DNA from: Actinomycetes bacterium
GTDB taxonomy: Bacteria; Actinomycetota; Acidimicrobiia; Acidimicrobiales; RAAP-2
Direction of reading: 5' to 3'
Assembly (NCBI GenBank): GCA_037134255.1
Contig: JBAXMO010000001.1
Span: 1 to 44,387 of the forward strand
Length of the DNA: 44,387 nt
How positions within the stretch are numbered: position 1 is the stretch's first letter; each line of letters opens with the position of its first letter. Shown here in pieces: positions 1 through 9,351 of this stretch. Both the position numbers and the translations under genes were made by a program. The notes under the pieces are model-generated. The model was not told the origin of the DNA. It did no database searches and saw only the letters and a list, made by a program, of their open reading frames with translations.

Positions 1-504
1 ACCGTGCAGAAGTCGGGCGCCCTCGGCGTTCGCATTCAGTGCTCCGGTCGTCTCGGTGGTGCCGAAATGTCACGCCGTGAGTCCTACCGTGAGGGTCGCG
101 TGCCACTGCACACCCTGCGGGCTGACATCGACTACGGCTTCCGTGAGGCTCGTACCTCGACCGGCCGTGTTGGTGTGAAGGTCTGGATCTACAAGGGCGA
201 CATTTTGCCCTATTCGATCAGCAACGAAGCCAAGATTGTTCGCGAAGCCGCTTTGGCCGCTGGCGACTCCGTGGCCACCGATGCTCCTACGCCCAGCGTG
301 GTTCGTGCCGGTTCGGGCCGCCGCCGCGTGTCGGCTACCGCTGAAGTCAACCCCGCCGCTGACGCCAGCGCCGGTGTCGCTCCAGCCGACTTGTTGGCCG
401 CTTCTGACGAGGTCGAGAAGCGGATTTCTCAGGAAGAAGAGATTGAGCGTCGTACCGCTGGCGGTGCCGCTGAGACTCCTCACTTCCGTAAGGAGGTCGA
501 CTGA
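1..504 (+). CDS. rpsC: 30S ribosomal protein S3, C-terminal part (5' truncated by window)
   Basis: [11 protein letters not shown]...[15 protein letters not shown]...GVKVWIYKG motifs; Ala-rich tail; precedes rplP. Confidence 0.98.
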   Translation, partial: TVQKSGALGVRIQCSGRLGGAEMSRRESYREGRVPLHTLRADIDYGFREARTSTGRVGVKVWIYKGDILPYSISNEAKIVREAALAAGDSVATDAPTPSVVRAGSGRRRVSATAEVNPAADASAGVAPADLLAASDEVEKRISQEEEIERRTAGGAAETPHFRKEVD

Positions 505-506
505 TT

Positions 507-944
507 ATGTTGATGCCTCGTAAGGTCAAGCACCGTAAGCAACAGCGCGGTCGTATGACTGGTATGGCCAAGGGTGGAACCGAACTCAACTTCGGTGACT
601 TTGGTATCCAGGCACTCGAAGCCGGTTGGATTACTGCTCGTCAGATTGAGTCGGCTCGTATTGCCATGACCCGCCACGTCAAGCGTGGTGGTCGTGTGTG
701 GATCCGCGTCTTCCCTGACAAGCCCGTAACGCAAAAGCCCGCCGAAACTCGTATGGGTTCCGGAAAGGGCAACCCCGAATTCTGGGTTGCCGTAGTGAAG
801 CCCGGTCGCGTGATGTTCGAACTCGGCGGTGTGGAAGAGCCTTTGGCTCGTGCCGCCATGGAGCGCGCCATCCAGAAGCTGCCGATTAAGTGCAAGTTTG
901 TCATTCGTCCTGGGACGCACGGCACACCGGAGGTAACGATCTAA
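507..944 (+). CDS. rplP: 50S ribosomal protein L16
   Basis: [18 protein letters not shown] motifs; AAGGAGGT SD. Confidence 0.99.
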   Translation: MLMPRKVKHRKQQRGRMTGMAKGGTELNFGDFGIQALEAGWITARQIESARIAMTRHVKRGGRVWIRVFPDKPVTQKPAETRMGSGKGNPEFWVAVVKPGRVMFELGGVEEPLARAAMERAIQKLPIKCKFVIRPGTHGTPEVTI

Positions 945-1168
945 TGGCCAAGACCAAAGAACACGTAGCGGAGTTGAAGCTCCTCGGTGACGCCGAATTA
1001 GTTCAGCGTCTCGCCGAGTCCCGCAAGGAACTCTTCAACCTCCGTTTTCAGTTGGCTACTGGCCAGCTGGACAACACTGCCCGTATGGGTGCAGTGAAGA
1101 AGGACATTGCCCGTCTCGCGACGTTCCTACGTCAGCGCGAGATTGCCTTGGCCGAGGAAGGTAACTAA
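944..1168 (+). CDS. rpmC: 50S ribosomal protein L29
   Basis: [16 protein letters not shown]; start moved to ATG 944 (TAATG overlap with rplP). Confidence 0.97.
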   Translation: MAKTKEHVAELKLLGDAELVQRLAESRKELFNLRFQLATGQLDNTARMGAVKKDIARLATFLRQREIALAEEGN

Positions 1169-1446
1169 TGACTGAAAACCTGACCAACGAAACGCGTATC
1201 AATACGCGCAAGGTTCGTGAAGGCATCGTCGTCTCCGACAAGATGAACTCCACCTTGGTGGTGGCCGTCGAAGAGCGCGTGTCTCACCCTAAGTACAGCA
1301 AGACCGTGAAGCGCACCAAGAAGCTCTACGCCCACGACGAAAAGAACGACGCCAAAATTGGTGACCGGGTTCGCGTGGAAGAGACTCGCCCCTTGAGCAA
1401 GCTCAAGCGCTGGCGCCTCATCGAGATTTTGGAGCGTGCCAAGTGA
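1168..1446 (+). CDS. rpsQ: 30S ribosomal protein S17
   Basis: [19 protein letters not shown]. Confidence 0.99.
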   Translation: MTENLTNETRINTRKVREGIVVSDKMNSTLVVAVEERVSHPKYSKTVKRTKKLYAHDEKNDAKIGDRVRVEETRPLSKLKRWRLIEILERAK

Positions 1447-1811
1447 TTCAGCAAGAATCCCGTCTCAGGGTGGCCGACAACTCCGGTGCGAAAGAGGTGC
1501 TTTGCATCCGCGTACTGGGTGGTTCACGCCGCCGCTACGCCTCGATCGGTGACGTCTTTATCGCCACTGTGAAGGACGCAATTCCTGGTGCCAACGTGAA
1601 GAAGGGTGATGTAGTTCGCTGCGTCGTCGTTCGCGTCTCCAAGGAAAAGCGTCGTCCCGACGGTTCGTACATCAAGTTTGATGACAACGCCGCCGTGATT
1701 ATCAACGACCAGCTCCAGCCCCGTGGTACCCGAATCTTCGGGCCCGTTGGCCGTGAGCTCCGTGACAAGAAGTTCATGCGAATCATTTCGCTGGCTCCGG
1801 AGGTTTTGTAA
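1443..1811 (+). CDS. rplN: 50S ribosomal protein L14
   Basis: [17 protein letters not shown]...IISLAPEVL. Confidence 0.99.
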   Translation: MIQQESRLRVADNSGAKEVLCIRVLGGSRRRYASIGDVFIATVKDAIPGANVKKGDVVRCVVVRVSKEKRRPDGSYIKFDDNAAVIINDQLQPRGTRIFGPVGRELRDKKFMRIISLAPEVL

Positions 1812-2116
1812 TGAAGATCCGTAAGGGTGACGACATCGTCGTACTCGCCGGCAAGTTCCGCGGTGAGCGGGCCAAGGTGGAAGAGGCACTGCCCGCTTCA
1901 GACCAGGTCATTCTCGACTCGCTGAACACTGTCAAGCGACACACCAAGCAGCAGGGTTCGACGCTGCAGGCTGGAATCATTGACAAGGCCATGCCACTCC
2001 ACGTGTCCAACATTGCACTGTGGTGTGGTGGACACAAGGGCCCAGCAAAGGTTGGCTTTAAGACCGTCGACGACGTGAAGGTTCGCGTCTGTCGTAAGTG
2101 TGGGGAGGCTCTATGA
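1811..2116 (+). CDS. rplX: 50S ribosomal protein L24
   Basis: [17 protein letters not shown] motif, PLHVSN; CxxH..CxxC near C-terminus. Confidence 0.98.
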   Translation: MKIRKGDDIVVLAGKFRGERAKVEEALPASDQVILDSLNTVKRHTKQQGSTLQAGIIDKAMPLHVSNIALWCGGHKGPAKVGFKTVDDVKVRVCRKCGEAL

Positions 2117-2670
2117 GCACCATGCCGCGCCTGAAGGTGCGCTACAACGAAGAGATTCGCGCTCAGCTCAAGACTGAACTCGAACTCCCGAACATCATGC
2201 AGGTTCCACGCCTGTCCAAGATCGTTATCAACGCCGGTGTGGGTCGTGCGACCCAGCAGGCCAGCTTGCTCGAAGGCGCCCAGCGCGACCTCGAGTTGCT
2301 GAGCGGTCAGAAGCCAATCGTGACCCGTGCGAAGAAGTCCATCGCGAGCTTCAAGCTCCGCGAAGAGCAGCCCATTGGCGCGAAGGTCACCCTCCGCGGC
2401 GACCGGGCCTGGGAGTTCCTCGACCGTTTGATCTCGGTTGCTATTCCTCGTATCCGTGACTTCCGAGGCCTGAGCGCTAAGTCGTTCGACGGCCGCGGTA
2501 ACTACACGTTCGGTGTCAACGACCAGTTGATCTTCCCCGAACTGGAGTACGACAAGATCGACGCACCACGCGGTTTCGACATCACCATTGTGACGACCGC
2601 GATGACCGACGAGCAGGGCCGTGCGTTTTTGAGCGCTTACGGCTTTCCCTTCCGACAGGAGAATCGATAA
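2113..2670 (+). CDS. rplE: 50S ribosomal protein L5
   Basis: [18 protein letters not shown]; ATG 2113 in ATGA overlap with GGAGG SD. Confidence 0.98.
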   Translation: MSTMPRLKVRYNEEIRAQLKTELELPNIMQVPRLSKIVINAGVGRATQQASLLEGAQRDLELLSGQKPIVTRAKKSIASFKLREEQPIGAKVTLRGDRAWEFLDRLISVAIPRIRDFRGLSAKSFDGRGNYTFGVNDQLIFPELEYDKIDAPRGFDITIVTTAMTDEQGRAFLSAYGFPFRQENR

Positions 2671-2855
2671 TGGCGAAGAAGTCGCTACGTATTAAGCAGC
2701 AGGCCACCCCGAAGTTCGCCGTGCGTGGTTACACGCGCTGTGAGCGCTGTGGTCGCCCACGCTCGGTGTACCGCAAGTTCGGCCTCTGCCGTATTTGCCT
2801 CCGCGTCATGGTTCACGCCGGTGAAATTCCCGGTGTGACTAAGGCCAGCTGGTAG
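2670..2855 (+). CDS. rpsN: 30S ribosomal protein S14, 61-aa Zn-binding (C+) type
   Basis: RCERCGR...GLCRICLR...PGVTKASW. Confidence 0.98.
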   Translation: MAKKSLRIKQQATPKFAVRGYTRCERCGRPRSVYRKFGLCRICLRVMVHAGEIPGVTKASW

Positions 2856-2869
2856 AGGGGAGACGAACA

Positions 2870-3274
2870 ATGACAATGACAGACCCCATCGCCGACATGT
2901 TGACTCGAATTCGTAACGCGAATTCAGCACAGTTCGACTCGGTGAAGATGCCCGGTTCAAAGCTCAAGATCTCCTTGGCTCAAATCTTGGAGCGCGAGGG
3001 CTACATCGGTGGCTTCACGGTCACCACGAATGAGAACAAGCCCGGCACCACGCTCGAAGTTCGACTGAAGTACACGCTCGACCGTCGTCGCACCATCGTT
3101 GGACTGAAGCGTGTCTCTACGCCCGGTCTACGCATCTACAGGAAGAGCACCGAAATGCCCAAGGTTCTCGGCGGTGTCGGCGTAGCCGTCGTCTCCACGA
3201 GCCGTGGACTTATGACCGATCGAGAGGCACGCAAGCAGAAGCTCGGCGGCGAAGTCCTCTGTTACGTCTGGTAA
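2870..3274 (+). CDS. rpsH: 30S ribosomal protein S8
   Basis: [24 protein letters not shown]. Confidence 0.99.
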   Translation: MTMTDPIADMLTRIRNANSAQFDSVKMPGSKLKISLAQILEREGYIGGFTVTTNENKPGTTLEVRLKYTLDRRRTIVGLKRVSTPGLRIYRKSTEMPKVLGGVGVAVVSTSRGLMTDREARKQKLGGEVLCYVW

Positions 3275-3303
3275 TCGACCGAAGGTATTGAGGAGAAATT
3301 TAG

Positions 3304-3843
3304 ATGTCACGAATTGGTCGTAACCCCATCACTGTTCCATCGACCGTCACCATCGCGGTGTCGGGCGATGTCGTGCAGGTCAAGGGACCCAAGGGAACCA
3401 TGGAGCGCACCTTGCCCGGCGGTATTACCGTTGCGCAAGAGGGCGACGTGTTGACCGTTGAGCGTCTTGACGACGAGCGCGATCACCGCGCTCTTCACGG
3501 ACTTACCCGTACGTTGATCTCCAACATGGTTGTTGGCGTGACCGACGGTTGGGTCAAGGAACTGGAAATCATCGGCGTTGGTTACCGTGCTGCTGCCAAG
3601 GGCGAATCTTCGCTCGAACTGGCACTCGGCTTCAGCCACCCCGTTATCTTCGATGCGCCTGCTGGCGTGACGTTCGAAGTCCCCGCCCCCACCCGCGTCA
3701 TCATTAAGGGCTCGGACAAGGAAGTCGTCGGCCAGGTTGCCGCATCGATTCGCAAGATTCGTAAGCCCGAGCCCTACAAGGGTAAGGGTGTCCGGTACCT
3801 CGGTGAGAAGGTACTGCGCAAGGCTGGAAAGGCGGCGAAATAA
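3304..3843 (+). CDS. rplF: 50S ribosomal protein L6
   Basis: [14 protein letters not shown]. Confidence 0.99.
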   Translation: MSRIGRNPITVPSTVTIAVSGDVVQVKGPKGTMERTLPGGITVAQEGDVLTVERLDDERDHRALHGLTRTLISNMVVGVTDGWVKELEIIGVGYRAAAKGESSLELALGFSHPVIFDAPAGVTFEVPAPTRVIIKGSDKEVVGQVAASIRKIRKPEPYKGKGVRYLGEKVLRKAGKAAK

Positions 3844-4199
3844 TGGCTCGCTCAACTCGAGAACTTCGTATTCGTCGACACCGTCGCGTCCGCAAGAACG
3901 TCACCGGTACGACCGAGCGCCCACGCGTTGCCGTGTCGCGCACCAACAAGCACATCTCGGCTCAGATCATCGACGACACCGTCGGTCGCACCCTTGCGGC
4001 TGCCAGTTCCGTCGAGGCTGCGTTCAAGGACGTCTCCGGTGGCAACATCGATGGCGCTAAGGCCGTTGCCCAGTCACTAGCTGAGCGTGCCAAGGCCGCC
4101 GGCGTTACCACGGTGGTCTTTGACCGCGGTGGCTTTACCTACCACGGCCGCGTTGCGGCCTTCGCCGATGCCCTCCGCGAAGGAGGACTGGAGTTCTAA
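3843..4199 (+). CDS. rplR: 50S ribosomal protein L18
   Basis: [14 protein letters not shown]...REGGLEF. Confidence 0.99.
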   Translation: MARSTRELRIRRHRRVRKNVTGTTERPRVAVSRTNKHISAQIIDDTVGRTLAAASSVEAAFKDVSGGNIDGAKAVAQSLAERAKAAGVTTVVFDRGGFTYHGRVAAFADALREGGLEF

Positions 4200-4759
4200 T
4201 GACTGACCAGCAGCAACCCCAATACGAAGAGCGCACCATCAAGGTGAACCGCGTGGCCAAGGTGGTAAAGGGTGGACGTCGTTTCTCCTTCACCGCACTT
4301 ATGGTCATCGGTGACGGCAACGGACACGTTGGTCTCGGCTACGGCAAGGCCAAGGAAGCCGGTCTCGCCGTGCAGAAGGGCATCGAAGAAGCTCGTAAGA
4401 ACATGTTCGAAGTTCCGATTGCCGGTACGACCGTTATTCACCCCGTGCTCGGTGAAGCCGGCGCCGGTCGCGTGCTCTTGAAGCCCGCAGCTCCCGGTAC
4501 CGGTGTTATCGCCGGTGGTGCTGCCCGCGCCATTCTTGAAATGGCCGGTATCAAGGACGTCATTGCGAAGTCACTCGGTTCGAGTAATGGCATCAACGTG
4601 GCTCACGCCACGATCGCCGGCTTGAAGAGCCTTCGCAAGCCCGAAGAGCTCGCCGAACTCCGCGGCAAGGCCATGGACCAAGTTGTTCCTGCCGGAACAC
4701 TCCGTGCCTACCGTGAACGTCAGCGCGAACAAGACCTCTTTAAGACTGAGGAGAAGTAG
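4199..4759 (+). CDS. rpsE: 30S ribosomal protein S5
   Basis: [27 protein letters not shown]. Confidence 0.99.
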   Translation: MTDQQQPQYEERTIKVNRVAKVVKGGRRFSFTALMVIGDGNGHVGLGYGKAKEAGLAVQKGIEEARKNMFEVPIAGTTVIHPVLGEAGAGRVLLKPAAPGTGVIAGGAARAILEMAGIKDVIAKSLGSSNGINVAHATIAGLKSLRKPEELAELRGKAMDQVVPAGTLRAYRERQREQDLFKTEEK

Positions 4760-4761
4760 CC

Positions 4762-4941
4762 ATGACTGACATCAAGGTCACCCAAATTCGTTCGTCCATT
4801 GGCACCAAGCCCAAGCACCGCGGAACGCTCCGCGCGCTGGGTCTGCGCAAGCTCGGCCAGAGCAACGTGCTGCCGGACCGTCCTGAGATCCGCGGCATGA
4901 TTGCTCGCGTTCCTCACCTCGTGAAAGTAGAAGAGGCTTAA
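4762..4941 (+). CDS. rpmD: 50S ribosomal protein L30 (59 aa, absent from ORF track)
   Basis: Manual translation MTDIKVTQIRSSIGTKPKHRGTLRALGLRKLGQSNVLPDRPEIRGMIARVPHLVKVEEA; between rpsE and rplO. Confidence 0.98.
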   Translation: MTDIKVTQIRSSIGTKPKHRGTLRALGLRKLGQSNVLPDRPEIRGMIARVPHLVKVEEA

Positions 4942-4943
4942 TC

Positions 4944-5429
4944 ATGAAGTTGCACGACCTCCAACCACCAAAGGGTTCATCCCACCGGAAGAAGATCGTC
5001 GGTCGTGGTATCGCTGGTAAGGGTGGCAAGACCGCCGGCCGTGGTACCAAGGGTCAAAAGGCTCGGCGCCAGATTCCTGCCGGTTTCGAAGGTGGACAGC
5101 TCCCATTGCTGCAGCGCATTCCAAAGCTCAAGGGGTTCACCAACCCCTTCCGCGTGGAGTACACCCCCGTCAACCTCGATGCCCTGACTCGCCTCGGCAT
5201 TACGGAGCTCACTCCCGAGGTCCTCGTGGCCAACGGTTTGGCCGGCAAGGGTGAGTTCGTCAAGATTCTCGGTCGTGGCGAACTCGGCCTCAAGATCAAC
5301 GTCTCGGCGCACAAGTTCTCGGCCACGGCCAAGACGGCCATCGAGGCTGCGGGCGGTTCGATTACCGAACTGCCACTGCCGTTCGCTGTTCGTCCGCCAG
5401 CTGCCGGTAACCAGCACCAGAACCGCTAA
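4944..5429 (+). CDS. rplO: 50S ribosomal protein L15
   Basis: GKTAGRGTKGQKAR, GFEGGQLPL; short C-terminal extension. Confidence 0.99.
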   Translation: MKLHDLQPPKGSSHRKKIVGRGIAGKGGKTAGRGTKGQKARRQIPAGFEGGQLPLLQRIPKLKGFTNPFRVEYTPVNLDALTRLGITELTPEVLVANGLAGKGEFVKILGRGELGLKINVSAHKFSATAKTAIEAAGGSITELPLPFAVRPPAAGNQHQNR

Positions 5430-5439
5430 GGCCTAACCC

Positions 5440-6726
5440 GTGCTCGCCCGTCTTGCGAACATCTTCCGCGTCCCGGATCTGCGGAACAAGGTCATCTTTA
5501 CGTTGGCCGTTGTTACGTTGTACCAACTCGGCTCGTACCTGCCGGTACCGGGTGTCAGTTGGAGCCAGGTGCAGTTGCTGCAAGAAAAGGCCGGTGCCTC
5601 GGGTGCACTTGGTTTCTTGAACCTCTTCTCGGGCGGTGCACTCACACGTCTCGCGATCTTCGGTCTCGGCGTCATGCCCTACATCACGAGTTCCATCGTG
5701 GTGCAGCTGTTGACGACAGTTATCCCGAAGTTGACGCAGTGGCGTGACGAAGGTGCGTCTGGGCAAAAGAAGATCACGCAGGCCACTCGGTACTTGACGA
5801 TTGCCCTCGCGTTGCTTCAGTCAACGGGTTTGATATACGCCTTCCACGGCCACACCGCTGGTCTGCTCGGTTTCGACATCGACTTGATTCCCAAGTTCAC
5901 CTTCTGGTTGGGTCTCTTTATGGTCCTCTCACTGACGGCCGGTACGGCCTTCGTGATGTGGTTAGCCGAGCTCGTAACGCAGCGTGGCATCGGTCAAGGC
6001 ATGTCCATCTTGATTTTCTCGTCAGTCGTTTCGGGTCTCCCCAGTGGTGGCCGTTCGGTCTACGCCCAGGGTGGACCCATCAAGTTCGCCGTCATCGTGA
6101 GTATCTCGGTCGCGCTGCTCGTAGTCATTATCTTCATCGACCAGGGGCAGCGTCGCATCCCCGTGTCCTTCGCCAAGCGCGTGGTCGGTCGCAAAATGAT
6201 GGGTGGCAACTCGACCTACATTCCGCTGAAGGTCAACCAGTCCGGTGTTATCCCAATCATCTTCGCGAGCTCGGTGCTCTACTTACCGCTGCTCTTGAGC
6301 AACATCATTCCGAACGTGGCCTTCCAGAGCTTCGTTAGCAAGTCCTTTACGCCCACGTCGTTCCTCTACATCGTGACGTACTTCTTCTTGATCTTGGGCT
6401 TCACCTTCTTCTACGTGAACATTGCTTTCGAGCCCCACCAGCAGGCCGACCAGCTGCGCCAACAGGGTGGTTTCGTCCCCGGTATTCGTCCCGGTCTGCC
6501 CACCGAGAAGTTCTTCGCCAAGTTGCTCAATCGCATCACGGTCGTTGGCGCCCTCTTCCTCGCGGCCGTAGCCGTAGTGCCCAGTCTCTTGATGGCCGTA
6601 TGGCACATCAACAAGTTCCCCTTCTACGGAACGACTCTCTTGATTGCGGTAGGTGTTGCCCTCGAAACGATGCGCCAAATCGACAGCCAGTTGATGATGC
6701 GTAACTACGAAGGCTTCCTTAAGTAG
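5440..6726 (+). CDS. secY: Preprotein translocase subunit SecY
   Basis: GVMPYITSSI, IPLKVNQSGVIP, PGIRPG; multiple hydrophobic segments. Confidence 0.99.
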   Translation: MLARLANIFRVPDLRNKVIFTLAVVTLYQLGSYLPVPGVSWSQVQLLQEKAGASGALGFLNLFSGGALTRLAIFGLGVMPYITSSIVVQLLTTVIPKLTQWRDEGASGQKKITQATRYLTIALALLQSTGLIYAFHGHTAGLLGFDIDLIPKFTFWLGLFMVLSLTAGTAFVMWLAELVTQRGIGQGMSILIFSSVVSGLPSGGRSVYAQGGPIKFAVIVSISVALLVVIIFIDQGQRRIPVSFAKRVVGRKMMGGNSTYIPLKVNQSGVIPIIFASSVLYLPLLLSNIIPNVAFQSFVSKSFTPTSFLYIVTYFFLILGFTFFYVNIAFEPHQQADQLRQQGGFVPGIRPGLPTEKFFAKLLNRITVVGALFLAAVAVVPSLLMAVWHINKFPFYGTTLLIAVGVALETMRQIDSQLMMRNYEGFLK

Positions 6727-6730
6727 GAGG

Positions 6731-7396
6731 GTGACAGTGGCCCCTCGTCTCATCGTGGTGCTGCTCGGAAAGCAGGGTGCCGGTAAGGGCACTCAATGTG
6801 CTTCCTTGAGTGAGCAATACAACATTCCGCACGTCTCGACGGGCGACATTCTTCGCGCGGCCGTTCGCGAAGGCACACCCCTGGGTCTGCAAGTCAAGTC
6901 CGTTCTCGATGCCGGCGACCTCGTCTCTGACGATCTTGTGGTGGCCCTCGTTAAGGAGCGCTTCGCTCAGCCCGACGCCCAGCGCGGTGCGCTGCTCGAC
7001 GGCTTTCCTCGCACTATTGGCCAGGCCACTGCGCTGACCGCCATGTTGGCCGATGAGCCCGTTTCGATCTGCATCAACTTGGATGTTCCTACGGCCCTGG
7101 TCGTAGAACGACTGAGTCGCCGCCGTGTCTGCCAAGAGTGTGGCGCGATCTATCGGGCGGACGAACCGGCTGGGGCTAGCGGTACGTGTGAAAAGTGTGG
7201 CGGCGATGTTATTCAACGGGCCGACGATCAGCCCGAAGCGATTCAGCAGCGCCTCGACGCTTATGAGCGCGACACCGCGCCACTGCTCGACTACTACGCC
7301 GCTAAGGATCTCGTCGTTACTGTTGATGGCAACCAAACGGTGGAAGCCGTCGGCGCCGCGGTCTCGAAGGCTCTGGCCGGACGAGGACTGGTGTGA
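6731..7396 (+). CDS. adk: Adenylate kinase with Zn-binding LID
   Basis: GKQGAGKGT P-loop, LDGFPRT, CQEC..CEKC; start could be GTG 6737. Confidence 0.98.
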   Translation: MTVAPRLIVVLLGKQGAGKGTQCASLSEQYNIPHVSTGDILRAAVREGTPLGLQVKSVLDAGDLVSDDLVVALVKERFAQPDAQRGALLDGFPRTIGQATALTAMLADEPVSICINLDVPTALVVERLSRRRVCQECGAIYRADEPAGASGTCEKCGGDVIQRADDQPEAIQQRLDAYERDTAPLLDYYAAKDLVVTVDGNQTVEAVGAAVSKALAGRGLV

Positions 7397-8133
7397 GGCG
7401 TTCATCGGCCGAGCTGGACAAGATGCGCAAGGCCGGCAAAGTTGTCGCTGAGATGCACGAGAAGACTCGAGCCGCGATTCGTCCCGGTGTCACGACCGCC
7501 TTTCTCAACGAAGTCGCGGCCGCCGTTATTGAAAAGCGTGGAGCGCGTTCTAACTTTCTGGGCTACCACGGTTTCCCCGCAGTCATCTGCACGAGCCCTA
7601 ACGACATGATTGTCCACGGTATTCCCGGTGAGTATGTTCTGCAAGAGGGCGACATTATTTCGATTGACTGTGGCGCCATTATCGAGGGCTATCACGGTGA
7701 CGCGGCCTACACGGCCGGCGTCGGTGAGATCAGCAAAGAGGCCCAGCGTCTCTTGGACGTGACGGAGCGCTCGCTCTGGGCCGGCATTGAACAGATGGTC
7801 ATTGGCAATCGCTTGAATGAAATCGGCCGGGCCGTGGAGAAGGTCGCCCTGGCTGCCAACTTTGGCATCGTCCGTGAGTACGTCGGTCACGCCATCGGCA
7901 CCGCGATGCACGAGAGCCCCCAAGTGCCGAACTACTGGCCCGGTGTTGGTGGTCCCACCTTGAAGCAGGGCATGGTCTTTGCGGTGGAGCCGATGATCAA
8001 CATTGGCGGCGAAGAGACCTACACCCTCGAAGACGGGTGGAGTGTTTTGACCACTGACGGATCACTTTCGGCCCACTTTGAACACACCATCGCAATCACT
8101 GAAAACGGACCCGAAGTCTTCACGCTGGCCTGA
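7393..8133 (+). CDS. map: Type I methionine aminopeptidase
   Basis: HGIP, GHAIG..MHE, EPM, SAHFEHT. Confidence 0.98.
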   Translation: MRRSSAELDKMRKAGKVVAEMHEKTRAAIRPGVTTAFLNEVAAAVIEKRGARSNFLGYHGFPAVICTSPNDMIVHGIPGEYVLQEGDIISIDCGAIIEGYHGDAAYTAGVGEISKEAQRLLDVTERSLWAGIEQMVIGNRLNEIGRAVEKVALAANFGIVREYVGHAIGTAMHESPQVPNYWPGVGGPTLKQGMVFAVEPMINIGGEETYTLEDGWSVLTTDGSLSAHFEHTIAITENGPEVFTLA

Positions 8134-8466
8134 TAGCCAGAAACTGTAGGGAAAAGGCCCGGGCAGCCGACCGAAATCAAGGTTCGGGCGCCTCGACCTA
8201 TCACGGGCGGGGGGTAACGCCCCCGGTCCGAGAGGGCTTCGCGCCTGGAAGTTGCGATGAAGCTAAGGGCCACACCGACATAGTCGCCGCCACTGTTACC
8301 CCGCTATCGGGCCACTAGTCTCGAATTTCCTATTTTCGGGGAAATCCCGTACACTTACTAGTTCCCACACGACAGAGCCCTCGGGTGATGTCGAGAGGTC
8401 CGATTCGGCACTATCTATGCCATCTCGGGAGGCCCCCACGCCCTCCGGATCGACCTCGGAACTAGT
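8126..8466. ncRNA. Candidate structured RNA region, two nested-stem domains, family unknown
   Basis: Complementary pairs read by eye: 8126-8137/8303-8314 (12 bp, one GU), 8211-8218/8295-8302, 8357-8365/8458-8466, 8395-8408/8445-8457; no credible CDS. Confidence 0.4.
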
Positions 8467-8472
8467 CGAAAT

Positions 8473-8500
8473 TTGGCGGTGTTCGAAAGTTGGGTAAGAT
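8473..8500 (+). promoter_or_regulatory. Putative housekeeping-sigma promoter for infA-rpmJ-alpha operon
   Basis: TTGGCG-N16-TAAGAT, fits actinobacterial TANNNT -10. Confidence 0.5.
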
Positions 8501-8569
8501 GTCAAGCCGACCTTTAATGGGCAACCATCAAGGTCACTCTCCGCGCGTTCCAAACGTGTGGAGGTAGTA

Positions 8570-8596
8570 ATGCCGCAACAAGGAGAAGGAACCTGA
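8570..8596 (+). other. 8-codon uORF (MPQQGEGT) whose stop overlaps the infA CTG start
   Basis: GGAGGT (8560-8565), 4 nt, ATG 8570; TGA 8594-8596 overlaps CTG 8593-8595. Confidence 0.5.
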
Positions 8597-8817
8597 CGAA
8601 GCAAAAGGAAGATGCGTTCACCGTTGAGGGAACCGTGGTGGAAGCCCGGCCTAACGCGATGTTCGAAGTCAAGCTGGAGAATGGATTTACCGTGCTCGCG
8701 ATGAGTTCGGGACGGATGCGCCAAAATCGCATTCGAATTCTCCCTGGCGACAAGGTCCAAGTCGAGATCACGCCGTACGACATGACTCGTGGCCGCATCA
8801 CCTACCGCTACAAATAA
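8593..8817 (+). CDS. infA: Translation initiation factor IF-1, probable non-canonical CTG start (74 aa)
   Basis: (M)[23 protein letters not shown]...[23 protein letters not shown]; AAGGAG 7 nt before CTG; no in-frame ATG/GTG/TTG between stop 8515-8517 and GTG 8635. Gene identity is secure, start is inferred. Confidence 0.93.
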   Translation: MTKQKEDAFTVEGTVVEARPNAMFEVKLENGFTVLAMSSGRMRQNRIRILPGDKVQVEITPYDMTRGRITYRYK

Positions 8818-8847
8818 TTCAGGTTCGAGAGTCGAGAAAGAAACAGC

Positions 8848-8961
8848 ATGAAGGTTCGCGCAAGCGTAAAGACAATGTGTGAGAAGTGCAAGGTCATTCG
8901 TCGTTCAGGTCACGTCCGCGTGATCTGCGAGAACCCTCGTCACAAGCAGCGCCAGGGCTAG
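8848..8961 (+). CDS. rpmJ: 50S ribosomal protein L36, Zn-binding type (37 aa, absent from ORF track)
   Basis: Manual translation [37 protein letters not shown]. Confidence 0.99.
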   Translation: MKVRASVKTMCEKCKVIRRSGHVRVICENPRHKQRQG

Positions 8962-8973
8962 GAGAGGACAGAC

Positions 8974-9351
8974 ATGGCCCGTATTTCCGGAGTTGACATC
9001 CCACGCGACAAGCGAACGGTGATTTCATTGACATACATCTTTGGCATTGGTCCGACCAAGTCCAAAGAGATCTGTGCCTCAACTGGCATCGATGAATCGA
9101 TTCGTGTGAAGGACCTCAGCGAAGCTGACGTCAACAAGATTCGTGCTTACATCGACCAGAACCTCACCGTTGAAGGTGACCTGCGTCGTGATGTGGCCCA
9201 AGACATCAAGCGCAAGATGGAGATCAACTGCTTGCAGGGAATCCGTCACCGCAAGGGCCTGCCGGTCCGCGGTCAGCGCACGCGTACCAACGCCCGTACT
9301 CGTAAGGGACCGAAGCGCACCGTCGCCGGTAAGAAGAAGGTGAAGAAGTAA
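8974..9351 (+). CDS. rpsM: 30S ribosomal protein S13
   Basis: [24 protein letters not shown]. Confidence 0.99.
   Translation: MARISGVDIPRDKRTVISLTYIFGIGPTKSKEICASTGIDESIRVKDLSEADVNKIRAYIDQNLTVEGDLRRDVAQDIKRKMEINCLQGIRHRKGLPVRGQRTRTNARTRKGPKRTVAGKKKVKK

Noticed and set aside
205-504. Long Ala-rich tail on S3
   Set aside because: Low-complexity S3 tails are common in Actinobacteria.
8126-8466. Match to SRP RNA, RNase P, tmRNA, tRNA, hammerhead or twister
   Set aside because: Hallmark core sequences not found by eye; only partial words such as TAAC..GGTCC..GAGGG without the required pairing.
8477-8505. Perfect TTGACA on the minus strand (8505-8500) pointing into the structured region
   Set aside because: No TANNNT at 16-18 nt spacing, so no antisense promoter can be called.
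8296-8760. 154-aa minus-strand ORF (and 8019-8273) across the map-infA spacer
   Set aside because: Antisense to infA or map, no recognisable motifs, no SD.
8635-8817. ORF-track 60-aa infA starting at GTG 8635
   Set aside because: Removes the conserved N-terminal segment of IF-1; CTG 8593 fits better.
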